Assembly: GCA_000708835.1 (NCBI GenBank)
Contig: DF237084.1
Location: 62,001 to 126,000 of the forward strand
DNA length: 64,000 nucleotides
DNA from: Klebsormidium nitens
Taxonomy: Eukaryota > Plantae > Klebsormidiophyceae
Direction: 5' to 3'
Numbering within the stretch: position 1 is the stretch's first letter; every line of letters begins with the position of its first letter. Position numbers and translations under genes: made by a program. Shown in pieces: positions 47,553 through 60,245 of this stretch. The notes below the pieces were generated by a model. The model saw only the letters and a list, made by a program, of their open reading frames with translations. It was not told the DNA's origin and made no database searches.

Positions 47553-50500
47553 CTACCGCCTGCCACCAAAGCGGCGTTCTCTTCGACTATAATGTTCGAG
47601 CGCCTTCACAAAGTCCGCCTCCCCGAAGTCCGGCCACAGAGTGTCCATGAAGAACAGCTCCGTGTACGCAAGCTGCCACAGCAGGAAGTTGCTCAGCCTC
47701 TGTTCGCCGCTTGTCCGAAGCAAGAGGTCCGGATCCCCGACCGGTTCCCCTCGCCAACCTGAGTTTTCCGTCGCCATACCTAGTTGCGCGCTTATGGACG
47801 CCTCGGTGATCTCGGACGGGTCCAGCCCGCCTTCGCTGACTTTGCGTGCCAGAGCTTGACAGGCTTGAACAAGGTCCTGCAAGGCAAAGTATTCTGGTAG
47901 AGTCAATACGTGCTTGTGGATCCGGAAGGAGTCCGTTAACTCCTGATTCGACCCTGCGTCTGAAAACACACCCAAGCTTGTCCCGTGAGTCGACCCTGCG
48001 TCTAAAAACATACTCAAAAATGTCTACCATTGATACTAGAGAACAGTCTCCACTCAAGTCAACCGAGCCGTTCATTCGAGGGACTTCGCAACGGTCACCT
48101 CGACCAGCTAATGTGCATCTAAAATAAGTCAAAGCGGCGCTCGGAAGATGTGCCAAGCGTCTCTTTGTGTGGTACTTGCAGACGCATGTCTCGTAGTCCG
48201 TCCCGGAGAAAGGAGGTCGAACGAGATTCAATCTTCAGGTCGCGACACAAAGCTCTTTCTCGACCGCTTCTACTGTTGATGGTTGACCAAATCGGCTATC
48301 TAGAACGCCAAGGGCAGGGTAAATAAGTCGAGGGGGAGCTGTGGATAGAACAGCCGGGGTTCTTCCTCGAAACTAGAGGAGATACAACAGTCTGAATGCT
48401 CTTAATCGCCAGACTCACCTGCCGGCCACTGTAGCTGACCCCAATTGTGAAAAGAAGGGCAGTGTTCCCGGCTGTCCGTTCGTGCGCTTCTGCGACCGCT
48501 CTTTGCAGGGAGGGGGGCAGGCGGTGAATCTCTCCAACGACCCTCAGGCAGATGTTTTCCCTGGAACACAGCGGAAAGTCGGATGGTGAAATGGCCGACA
48601 ATTTCCCAAAAGTTATCGTCCAAGGCACGAGTATTGTTGCACCTTCGAATAACAGGAATGTGACGGTTCGCAGACAATTGGTTTTCCTGAGAAGCCAGCA
48701 GAAGGTCGGATCCTGAGTTGGCCAAAATGTTCCCAGTAGATAGCGTCCAATGCATAGATGCGCGCACCAACTCAGACCAAGAGCGACCACACAGCATGAA
48801 CCTGGTACTAAACCTTCCAGTCAAAGGAACCCGCCTCCAACCTAAGCAGCAGACAGAATGGCTGAAATGCAGAAGGGGTTTCTTGGTGCGATACCACCAG
48901 AATAGATAAAGCAAGAGAAAAAGCGGCTTTCTCGACCTTCAAATGCAACAGTTGGCTTCAACAAGTTCCCAGTGTTTCCCAAATGCTGACGTGCCTTACG
49001 AGGGTGACTCCTACGTTGCCACAAGAGGAGCACAAATGAAGACCAGCAAGCCGAATAGCTTCGAGTAGCGTTCAACATCCTGAGGTCCTGCCAGTAACTA
49101 GGCTTGAGGTGGAAGGGTCTTACCGTTCTAGGGCAGCCAGATTTTGTTGAAGGACGCGCTCAAAAAGCCCCATCAGCATGTCCACCTCTCCCTGCAACCC
49201 GCAAACATCTCTGTCAAGAGGCACGTTCGAAAGTGTTTGGCATCTCAGGTAAGAGTTTGCTGGAGAAAATTTTACCAAGACTAAGAATCCTGGTTAGGAC
49301 AGCAACGATGTGCGGAAAAGTAGTGAACGAGGCAGGAAAGAGAGCAACTGACGTCACACAGCTTCGTTAAGAGCCAAGTGACACGCCTCCGCTGCCTACG
49401 CAGCAGGACTAGCAAAATTGCTTTCAAAAGCTCGGAAGGCAATTGCAAACGGCAAACTGGAGGTCAAGCTACTCACAGGGGTAGGCCAGCCTGATCTGGC
49501 AGGCGCCTAGACTCAAAGTAAGCAAGTTACAGGAATCTATAGCATTTAGACAAGCTGTCAACTTGAGAATCATAACAGCTTTCTCAGACATTATGCTAAC
49601 GGTGACATCCTTAGACAAATAGCAATACCCCATGAATCACGGCTTCCAACTGAAGTGCAACAGATTAAGGGTGAATAGCCACTCACCTTCGGTCGGAGCC
49701 AGTTCTCTGTAGAGAAGGCATACACGGTCAGCGCGACCACCCCCCATCGAACGCACATCTTCACCAGATTGAGCAGCGAGTCCACCCCCTTTTCGTGACC
49801 AAATGCTGTCGGCAACCCCTTCGTCTTCGCCCATCGTGAATTTCCATCCATGATGACAGCTAAGTGCTTTGGTACAGCAAGCTTTGCATGTTGGGCTAAA
49901 GACTCCTGAGATAGACTGCTCAACAGCTCCCGTTTTTGTGAAAACACAGTCACCATCTGCGTGTCCTCTAAAGTGGCAGCGTGCTGGTTTAGAGACCTGT
50001 TGGATGGAGGCTGACTAGGTGGCCTCAAAACTGGAGGGACAGTGGCGACAGCCGTGGGGTTTAACATGGATCGCGACATCTGTGCTGAACTAGGTTCTGA
50101 GGAGTTGCTGGTAGACGGAGATTCTACTGAGTTCTCTTCTAATGGAGCCCCCATGTGGCTTTTCAACGGATCTTCGCCCTCCGTTCCCTTTTCACTGCAA
50201 GCGCACGGGGAACTTGATGCTCTGAGCTGCCTGTCTATGCTTCGTTTGCTATTCACCTCTTCGATTGGCAGGGTGTTTGCTATTTTATCCCCTGCAGCAA
50301 CCATACTTCTATTTGAGTTAAGAGCACTGTTGAGTTCCGTGTCATACAGACTACAACAAGGTCTCATATCGTTTTCACGTTCAGGGTGGTCCAGCTGAGC
50401 TCCTTTTGCTGCGTGATCCTTCAAACCTTTCTGTAGACTCCCCTCTCTCTGCTCTCCTGAGTCATAACAACCGCTTTTTCTTGTGGCTGCAGGTCCCGAG

Positions 50501-50736
50501 CAAGTGAGAGAAGCTGCTTGCACTCGTGCACTGGTTTTACCCCCATCATGCCTTCGTCGCACTTTTGTTGCAGGCTTTCGCAACATATCAGAGGCTGCAC
50601 CAGCAACCAGAACTTGACTTTTGAAAGACATAAATGATTGGTGACTGCATCCTGAGCTCTCTCTGCCTTGCAAGAGGGAACCAGGAAATGAAAGTTGGCG
50701 CAATCGCCCATAGGGAAAGTGTAACTGGGTTTCCAT
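47553..50736 (-). CDS. cis-prenyltransferase (undecaprenyl/polyprenyl diphosphate synthase family) with a long N-terminal extension
   Basis: Exons 50736-49687 ([34 protein letters not shown]), 49191-49124 ([10 protein letters not shown]), 48560-48419 (VSYSGRQ), 47876-47553 ([40 protein letters not shown]). Confidence 0.95.
47946..48012. repeat. short tandem duplication (~42-bp offset) in the last cis-prenyltransferase intron
   Basis: tcgaccctgcgtct(g/a)aaaaca(c/t)ac occurs twice. Confidence 0.75.
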
Positions 50737-51742
50737 TTTGAGATTAAGGATCGGGACCCCCTGTGAGGACGTTTTGCTACCTAGACGGAGGGTTCAAGAC
50801 CAAAATGCATGTCGCCACCACTCCTAGCTCAGGAGAAGAACCCGACCTATGCCTTCCATTTTCTTGAGTTCCAAGTGGAGGAAGAAGAGCCAAAACTTGC
50901 AATTTAAGAGATTCCAGAATCCACAGTTCGGGAACCCTGCTAAAATCGCAACGGAAGCTGAATAAGCGGAGCAAGCAATGAGCCGAAAGACTGTGATCTA
51001 AAGCGCTGTGTCGAGACCTGCGTAGCCTCATGTGACTTGCAAAGTATTCGACGCCGATGCCATGGAAACTTACACTTCTAATATACGAAGACGTTTTCAA
51101 AATGGCAGCTTGCAGTGATCGTTGTAGACATCTGAATTCTCCGATTGACAGTATTTTACTCCTGAACTTGAAGTTGAACATTGGTGATGTGCAGCTCAGG
51201 CGCTTCAGAAACATGGTAGCTAGAGCCTAGAGATAATTCACATGGTGGTACTTGGTATCCAAGAGCAGAATCCAAGTGCTTTTCATCTTCCAACTTATGG
51301 CAGCTCGCGTGCTGCATTGCCAGGATTGTGAGTTAAGTGTTTCTTGATGGCTTTGATCAATCAGGAGCAAAGTGAACAAATGGGCTTGGGGAAAACTTTT
51401 TATCAAGATATAGAGTGGCAGCATGAGTTGTAGGCACCATCGTAGTTGCAGGCACTTCTGCTGATTCTTGACACGCGCAGAGCTCAATCTTTGTTTGTCA
51501 AAATTGATTGTTTTGCCCAACGAAGATTGTCCGGATTCTACCAAGTTCTGAGATGATTCAGACCTGGCGCATGAATGTAATTCTCCGTCCTCAAGAAGAC
51601 GTGCTGTGAATGAAGTGAGCTTGTCCAGGAGTTAGAATTCAGCTCAATCAGGTTATAGCAAAGTAAGGGCCTGACACAGCGAGAATCAATACCTGAAAGC
51701 AGATTGACGACGCTCACAAAAAGTCCACAACGCACGCACAAA

Positions 51743-54700
51743 ATGATCCGCACTTATCAGCGCAGGAACAAGGGCGGCAGCAACAGCCAGCCAGACGCCT
51801 TCTCACCCTTTGAATCCGACTCCCAGGACCTCATCGGGTCTTACCACTCACAGCTTTCATCCCAAGAAGGAAATGCAGCCCTCAACTTCTCTGATCCAAT
51901 TAGAACAAGCCAGCAGCCACCTGTTAACAGGCTTGGCTCTTTGAGCAGCCGCCTTGACTTATTTGCGTTTGAGGATGATGAGGAAGAGGATGCGTTTGGA
52001 CAGGGCGCTCCTCTTGAGAGACAAGATTCAGCGCTTACCAGGCGAGGCAGTCAAGGGGGGTCCCCAGCAAAGAAACCCCCTCGTGAGTTTAGGGAACTCT
52101 TTCGGAGACATGGTCTTTTTGCTGTAGGCTTAATCAACTTTCTCATTAGAGTCTTGTTTTCAACCTTCTTGTACGGCCGCTTGAAGGATCTGCAACCAGC
52201 GGTTTATTGCCCCCCGGCATCAATTATGTTCAACTCTAAGGGCTACTTGACTGCACTCCGTTTTTGCCCTTATTCTTGGTTTCCATATTTTCAGTGTAGG
52301 ACTCTGTATTCCTCAGTCTCCACTTTCCTAGCAGCAGTCAGCCCAGACTTTCTCCTTATTCTGCTTTTCTTCTTTAAAACCAGACGGCCCCTACTGCGTA
52401 TAGACGGCCGTTTGCAAGCTCTGCCGCAATATTTGCTCCGCATTGTGCTTCCTTCTGAAACAGTCATTCATGGTCACAGATTCCGCTCAGAGAAGGCCGG
52501 CTTTTGGTTCAGCTGCCTCACGACAGCTCTTGATTTTTGCAGATAAGCATGGAGGGACTGCCGGCCCAGGTTCAGAATCCTCTCTTCTTGGAGGCGACCA
52601 GTTGGCTGAACAGGGCCTGAAAGGCGGCCTTACCAAGAGCCCCCTCTTGGCCGGTAGCTTTGGGAGGGGTGTGAGACACTTCTCCACAGCCCTGCAGTCA
52701 TCGTCACTCATGGAACATCAGGTACGACCAGCTGATTGCTTGCTGAAGGAGGAGAGAATACTTGGACAAGAGTGGCATCTATCAGACAGCAAAGGCAAGC
52801 TTTCTAGATCCTCATGTTGAGCCAGTGCATCCGGCCAGAATTCCACCAAAGTGTCAGAGCTTGCAAGAACAAGTCGTATTGAGCTGATGAGGAGGCAACT
52901 CTGGCTTTTCCTTTGAAGATCAACTCGCTATTCCAACTTGCTTGTAAGCCGTATCTTCTGAGTGGGCCGATTTGATTGCATCACTCGCTGCTGTAAAGCT
53001 CTGGTCGCTGCCTCTTCTGAAGGAAGATGCAGCGATCCCATACCGAGCCGCATAGTCTGATGGTACCAAAATGGATAGTCCAGCTACCTTGTGCCCTCCA
53101 TCTGTCTTCTTCTCCTTGAAGGAGCTTCCAAAGTTTAGAAGGTTCACTGTTGCATGCGAGATTTCGTTACCATCTTGCTCTCTGGTCAAATGGTGTTTTT
53201 AACACGGTTCCTTGTTCTCTGCCCCCTCCAACAGGAGTCTGGCGAGATGCAAGAGTCCGTCGACGAGGCCAAGTTCGCCCTCGAGGGCCTCACCCCCCGC
53301 AGCTCCCCCCGCGTCCTCCGCGCCTCGTTGGTCGCCCTCTCACAGCTCCTCTCCACGTCCGCCCGCCGCCGGGTGCTCCAAGCGCACGGGTTAGGCAAAC
53401 CGCTGCTAACTGCGATCACAACCCTACCCCCCTCCGCGGGCCTCCTCCGGCTCGCTTCCGCGGCCATCGTCTACTTCCTCGCGGTCGATGACCTGGCACA
53501 CCGCAGCCTGCTCGACTCGGATGACGTCATCCGGCTCGTCCTCGGGTTTCTCGAGGGGGAGAGCGGGGGCGGGGACGGGGGTAAAGGGGACAAAGTGGCG
53601 GTTGAGCAGGCGCGGAGAGTGCAGGAGTTGTTCCGATCTGGGGGGGCTGCAGATGTGGGCCTGATTGGGGGGGGAGAGGTGTCGCCTGCGTGGCTGGGGC
53701 TACTGGCGCTGGAGCAAGCAAGCATGGCGGCAGCGCAGCTGCAACAAGGTATGAAGTCATTTGGCGTTATGGTTGATGTAGCAGGAAGGATGCAAAGAAT
53801 GCGCGACCCAAACTGCTTCTGATCAAGGGCGCTGAGGCCTTGAAGCGAGGTTAGCCGTCGACGCAAAGGGTTTATTTGACCATCTGAAAAGCGCATCCTG
53901 TTGTATTCTTCTGAAAGTAAACTTGAAAGCGAGTCTGGTCGAAATTCAAACGCCGCTTGTCCCCTCACTGCGTTGAGATTCCTGACCGGTTTTCAGAAGT
54001 CGACAATATGTAGTACCGCCTTTGTGAAAGGTGGCTCTTCTTCTTGTTGTTTTTGTCCTCAAACTGGTACACACGATTCTGCTCACCAGTGTACTATCTC
54101 CCTTCACTAACTCGGGATCGGGGATGTAAGATGTCTCTTCAATTTAGCAATAGTAAGCTCGAGCAATAGTAAGCTCCCGCACTAACACTAAAAACCTAAC
54201 CCACAAAATTACCCGCTCCGCACCCGAACCCACCTTAACCACCAGACTAACCCTACCCATCCCAGGCTGGTTAGTTTACTATTGCTAAAGCTTACTAATG
54301 CTAAATTGAAGATTCCTGGATGTAAGGGGAATATCAGGTCTGAAAGCTCCTTCACTGAACTGATAATCCTAGTTTTAAACGCTTCTTACCGCAGAGGCGA
54401 GCATCGGCGGCGCCAAGAGCGCCAACCGCTTCAAGGACCGCCTGCGTGAGCAGGGCGGCCTCGCCACCATCTGCCACCTGGCGGCCGCCTGCCAGGCCGC
54501 CCTGCACGATGACGTCAGCGGCGGCTCCAGTGACGTCACCCGCGGGAACGATGACGTCAGCGGGAGGCCGGCGGCCATGCTGCTCCGGTGCCTGCGGGTG
54601 CTGGAGCACGTGACGTACGTGAGTGAAGAGAATCAGCAGCATCTGTTGCAGCTTAGGATTTCGGAACGGGGGGGTGAGATACAAGACGAAAACGGGGGAA

Positions 54701-57700
54701 GGGAAGGAGGGGCGGACACGTGCGTGGACGTTGTGCTGGGGTGCATCGAGGCGCTAGGGTTGGGGGGGGAAGCCAGAAAGTTGGGGGGAAGCAAGATATT
54801 AGGGAAGAGAAGCGAAGTTACGGAACTGAAGGGAAAAGCTGAGGGGAATACAGAGCGTTCAGGGAGCGGAGTCAAAGGAATGAAGAAGGAAACGCTGGGC
54901 AGTGAGCAGAATATCAAGGAATCGAAGCTGGTGGGGAGCGCAGGAGCGAGTTTGAGAACGGACAGCAAAAGAGACGGGGCTAAAACTGGGGAGCCGAAGA
55001 GGGAGGCCGAGGCAGGGGCAGCCAAGCCGCTGGGGAAGTGGCAAAGCGCAGCGAAAGTGAAGCGGGGGGGGAGCAGGACATTCCGAGAAGACGAGGTGAT
55101 TCCAGACAGCGATGAAGAGAATGCGTCCGAAAAGGAGAGAAAGGATGCGGAGCCAGGCGTTTCGGGGCAAGGAGAGAAAGGGGAGAGCTCAGGGGGCGAA
55201 CGCGTGGCAGGTGCGGAGAGCAGACACGTGGCGGAAGAGCGGAGTATAACGCGAAGAGCGTCTGGGAGGATTGCGAGGGTGGGTTCGGGCGTCCGAAAGT
55301 CTGAGGAAATGGAGGCGATGGACATTGTGCGAGAGAGCGGGGTCGAGTCTGCGGTAGGTTCGGGTGACGTCATGGAAACGTCGAGGGACGTCAGCAACCG
55401 GAGGAGCGATACTGAAGAGAACCGGCCGCCGATTGTGCGGACTTTCAGCAGAAAGAAGCGGAAAGTGGACAACGGGGGAGTTGAAGAGATGGGGAATGGA
55501 GGTGGGGGTTCGCAAGGGAATGGTGGAACTAGATCGAAGGGGGACACGGCGTCGCAAATCTCAGACCCGTTCGAATTCGTTGACGAGGAGACTGAGGGCT
55601 CGCAGCAGCTATCGAGTCAAAACAGCGGGCAGTTACGGGAGAAGCGGAAGTTTGCGGAGACAAGCGCGAAAAGGAAGGCCGGCCTAGATGCTCTGAGTCG
55701 AGGGGAAAGTCTAAATCTGCAAAGTAGCCAGGACAAAGGGGAGAATGAGAAGCTGGACAGGAGGTCGTCTTGGAACGGCAAAAGGAAGCTGGGAGCGAAA
55801 GCGGCTTCGCTTAAGAGCGAGCCTCTGGGTGCGTTTGACTTTGAGATTACGGAAGATGATGACGTTCCTGCTTTAGGTGCGGGGTTGGAAAAGCACCGAA
55901 GAGCTGGAGATTTGAAAGTCAAGCAAGAGACGATCGGAAAACCCGCATTCGACTTCGACGAAGTTGACGAAAAGGCAGCCCCCTCGAGCCAAGCAGCAGA
56001 GCCCCTTAGGAGAGCGAGCAGTTCCGGACGCAGGTTAGCCCGGGTTAGGGAGGAGGTCAAGGCTAACCCAGCCCTAGAGCGGAAGAACTCTAGAGGAGTC
56101 CGGAACGAAGCGTCCGCCGGAACGCGAGCGAAGGAAGAGCCTGCCCTTCGAGAAAAGACGGCAGCGAGGGCGGCGTTTTCATTTAACCCGATTGCAGAGA
56201 AGCGGGAACGGAAGGGTTTGAACGCATCTAGGGGTTTCGACGCAAATGACGAACCGGATCTGGTTGAGATGAAAGAGAAAGTAAAGGGCCCAAGGCGAGA
56301 CCTGCGCCAAGCACTGGACAAAGGGCTGGTGACGGAGTGCCTCGTGACCTCGGTAAAGGTGAGGGTTTTGCTTTTCCTGATATGCATTTCCTGCAGATAT
56401 GTTCGCACTTACCATCGGCTTGTTCAATTATGTCTGTCCGGGGCAGGTTTCTTTGGAATACTTCCAGCGTGCCTTCTGTTGGAGCATCGCCGGTCGCTGT
56501 CAATCGATGTCATCTCCGCTGTTTCTGCGAGATTATGTGCTATCAACAAAAGCATGATAATTCTGCTCTGGAAACTCACACACGTCTGTCACATGGCCCA
56601 GACCTCAGCCTTTCATCACGCATGCATCGCCTCCGCATGGTGCGATTGAATTGTTTCTTAACGCTCTCTGCTTTTGCAGGTGCTCATGAACCTGACGAAC
56701 GACAACGCGGACGGATGCCGGCAGATCGCGGCGGCGGGAGGCCTGCATTCAGTCGCGTCTCTTCTGGTCTCTCGCTGCCCGCCCCTTAGGACCGGACATC
56801 GCGCTTCGGTTGCAAACGGAGACTCTACCGGAGGTAGTTTGGAAACCTTGGCGTCTGGTGAGGAAAAGGTACAGGGGAGAAACCTCAAGACGGGGGCCCG
56901 AAAGAACGGAAAGGGGAACGCGGGGGATGCTGACCGACAGCTGGCGCCGGAGTTGAGGTTCGAGGGGGGTTCCGAGGCGGCTCTGATTGGTGCGGCGCTT
57001 CCCAACACGACCCCGGAGGGGGGTGACGTCAGCAGCACGGCCCCGCGGAATGGGCGGGCCACGCAGGGGGCGGCGAAATTAAATGCTTCGGTTGATGACG
57101 TCAGCAAACATGATGACGTCAGCATGGGCAGCGGGAACGGGGCGGGGCGAGAGATCGTAGCGATTGGGGAGGGGCCGTCCGAAGACCTGGACCTGGTGAC
57201 GGTTGTGCTGGCGCTGCTGATCAATCTGGTGGAGAAAGACCGGAAAAACCGGGCCGCGCTGGCGGCTCTAGAGTTCCCCCGGGGAAGGGGGCAGGCTGGG
57301 GAACCTCTAGAGGGGGCGGGGATGGTCACGTTCCTGTGCGCGCTGTTTTTGAGCAAGAAGGGCGCGGGCGCCAAGGCGGAGTCGGTGGAGAACCAAATGG
57401 CTGCTTTTGAGGTACGATATTCACACGTTCGTAAAAGGTTTTGGTTAGCATGGTCTAAAAGCTTAGAGAGGGCGCTGGACAGCGTTCCAGATCTGTGCCG
57501 GTTTGTGATGTAGAATGCGCGTCAGGTATTTGTAAGAGTGTACCAGGAATTAGATGCGGTTCACGCTACGGCTAGGGTGATTATTTTGCCGCGACGCTGC
57601 TAAGCAGAGTGCACGGACTCATCCATACTGAAATCAGTTCGCAACGCCGAATCCTCGAGCTGCCAGGTTTTGCATTAACTGAAGGACGTCCAAGACCGGG

Positions 57701-59373
57701 AAAGCACTGTGTTGACGCAAAGAACCTTTCAAAAGTTATTCCGTCCCATAGCTTCTGTTTCCTTCGTTGCTTAGCTAGCACTTCTTCGACCCGCAGGCCA
57801 CTTGGCATGGTTACCAAAAACCAAGGGTTCCGTTGCCTTATCGTTCCGGTTCCGCTCCTGCAGATGGATGACGAGACGCGCCTGCTCGAGGGGCAGCGCG
57901 AGGCGGAGGACATGATCGTGGAAGCGTATGCGGCGCTGCTCCTCGCGCTGCTCGCAAAGGATGAGTAAGTTACTTTTCGCGAATTTAAAAGGTATCCTTA
58001 AAGTCTTTCTGAGATTTCGTTTTCGAGCTCTTTTCAGTCTGTTTCTGGTGTTGTTTGGGTCTTTTCGGCGGGTTTAACTATTTTTGCGGATTTGTGGTCT
58101 GATCATTCGTTTACAGTTGACGGAGGGCTGCCGGGGCTCTCCAGGACTGAACTCACATGGGCGTTGAAAGCCCCCTCGGACCTTTACCTGGAAGTATTTG
58201 CGGCGCTGCTCCTTGCGCTGCTCGCAAAAGAGATACTTAGAACCTCCCTGAAGTGCGACTCTCCGCCTAGTCGGCTGCCAATCGTTCTCAACAATAAACT
58301 CGCTGAGGAACATTCGCCCGAGCTCTTCGGCAAGCGGCCACTTCCTATTTCCTGGTTGCACAAGAGGAAGCACAAGTATGAGCGACAGGAAGCACAAGTC
58401 TGAGCTGTTTTGGCGCTTGAAAGCAAATCCAAGCTGAGACCATAAGGCTGGCGTCCGGATAATGACAAATCATGACATCAACCCTCCGTCCGTGCCTGGT
58501 CACGATTTGGGAACGAGAGGCCTTCACAACTAGTACCCGGTTACTCCCTGCGACTGTTGGGATAGTTCAGGGGTGTGTGGTGACTTAGAAAGCCGAACGT
58601 GTCGAATCCGCCTTGTTGTCCCTGCTGCTTATCGAAGTTGTGATTAGAGACGGCTTCTTGTGGCACGTGCAGTTTAAGGGCGAGGACGACAGTCGCGGAG
58701 AGCCTGCCAGAAGGCGACGCATCGTCTCTGGTGCCTGTTCTCGAACGATTCATGGTGAGACCCGCTCCGTTTCTGTTTCAATCGGTTGTGGAAAGCGCTG
58801 TTTTACGTTCATCGAAGGTTTCGGCTCCAAGCTTGGGGAAACGCCCTTGTAGACGAGTGCAGCAAGTAAAGTCTAGCGGCCCGGCCGTGTCATCCTTCGA
58901 CGATTTGAAGCTATGCAGATTCAACGTTCCTTTTGCTATGTGCCGTCTGACTCCATCAGGTCGACGCAATACTTTTCGGGACCAAGACAATAGGCCTTTC
59001 GGTCTAAAAGTTCTGCAATGCGCATCTTCCCTCCGGCAGTGCTCTTGACGTGCACGTCTCCGGCAAGCTCGTGATTACAAGTAGCCAGGATCTGTCCATA
59101 GGAAGCATCTCCCCTCAGCGCCTCCTGAGTCGAACCATTCAGTCCTGCAATTTTTCAAGTTAGAGGGGTCATTGAACTCATTCACCACTTTGACGGCTCG
59201 TCGATGTTGGTCTTCAATTTAAAAGACTCTTCACAGATAAGATATCAATCGCACATCTCTTTTGACTAGTGCAGAACTTCCACCTGCGCATGAACTCGAT
59301 TACAAGGGAGGCCCACGAGGCGTTGCTGGACCTTATCGGGTCCTGTAAGCAACAAGAGAGACCGCCCGCCTAA
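51743..59373 (+). CDS. WAPL: wings apart-like cohesin release factor
   Basis: Plant-type start MIRTYQRR. Exons 51743-52082, 52543-52721, 53235-53748 (ESGEMQESVDEAKFALEGL), 54395-56358 (FKDRLREQGGL..CLRVLEHVTY), 56680-57411 (VLMNLTNDN..VLALLINLVEKD), 57864-57964 (EAEDMIVEAYAALLLALL), 58673-58754 (LVPVLERFM), 59275-59373. Confidence 0.92.
54131..54317. mobile_element. 187-bp Mutator-like MITE in WAPL intron 3
   Basis: 9-bp direct repeat GGATGTAAG at 54122-54130 and 54318-54326. Inverted repeat TCTTCAATTTAGCAATAGTAAGCT / AGCTTACTAATGCTAAATTGAAGA (23/24), with a doubled subterminal motif at both ends. Confidence 0.85.
58190..58232 (+). repeat. intronic copy of the WAPL exon 6 3' end (270-bp offset, donor lost)
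   Basis: tggaagtatttgcggcgctgctccttgcgctgctcgcaaaaga versus exonic tggaagcgtatgcggcgctgctcctcgcgctgctcgcaaagga at 57919-57962. Confidence 0.85.
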
Positions 59374-60245
59374 GGCTTGCGCAGATCAGAATATTGATGA
59401 TGAGCGACCACTGGCCGTGCCTCTTGCACAGAGCTCGAGACTGCAGTGCTTTGCTACAGCAGGCTGTCTTATCTGCGCTTTATCAAAAGTGGAATGTCCA
59501 GCCGAGATATCGACAGTCGTCTGATGACTTTGCCTGTCCTACTATCCGAATTCAGGAGTTTGCTTTGCGTCCACAGCAAGTGGGAATGACGTCAGACATG
59601 TCCGACTGTACGAGCGGGCGCCAACATTGTGGTTGCCAGGTCTTTGATGTGGCCGGCCATGATGTTTCAGAAAGTAGCCGTCGGTTTCTGTCGATCGACG
59701 TTTTGCAATAAGATGCATGCGTTAGGTTCATTGGATTCGAGCATCCATTTCATTCATATAAAATGCTGTCTCATGCTCCCATAATTGTAAAATAAGACGC
59801 AAGATTCCTTGATGTTGGGCGGATGCCTCTCGACTATATGCCTAATGCTTCGCGATTATTGCGTATAGATTAAGAATTGGCATAAATGAGCTTCTAATTG
59901 TTGTCACCATTGCCGCCTATAGGCACTGCGTATAGATCTTCATATGGTGGAGTCACAAGTTACGGAATTGAGAGATCCAACTAGACGCGGTTCTCCGATC
60001 CCGCGGTCGGAGAAGAAGATTTGTGACTGATTGGGACGAGATTGAACGTCGGGAAACCTTACAATGAAGTTGCGCAGGATGCAATCCCTCGCCAAACTAC
60101 AGACTTGAAACACGCCGGAAGCTTAGAGGCCTCTCTAATATTAAAACCAGTCAACGTTCCTACAAGCGACCCACTTAACGTTATCAGACAGTATGTATTG
60201 GCAGCAGGGTGCACGTCGTTGTCTCACCAACCTTGTAAAGGGCTT

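Noticed and set aside
54633-56408. Long antisense ORFs (54633-55547, 55617-56408), also 35084-35578 and 50042-50398
   Set aside because: Shadows of purine-rich or GC-rich coding exons of WAPL, the R3H gene and CPT. They are Ser/Pro/Phe/Leu-rich with no domain motifs.
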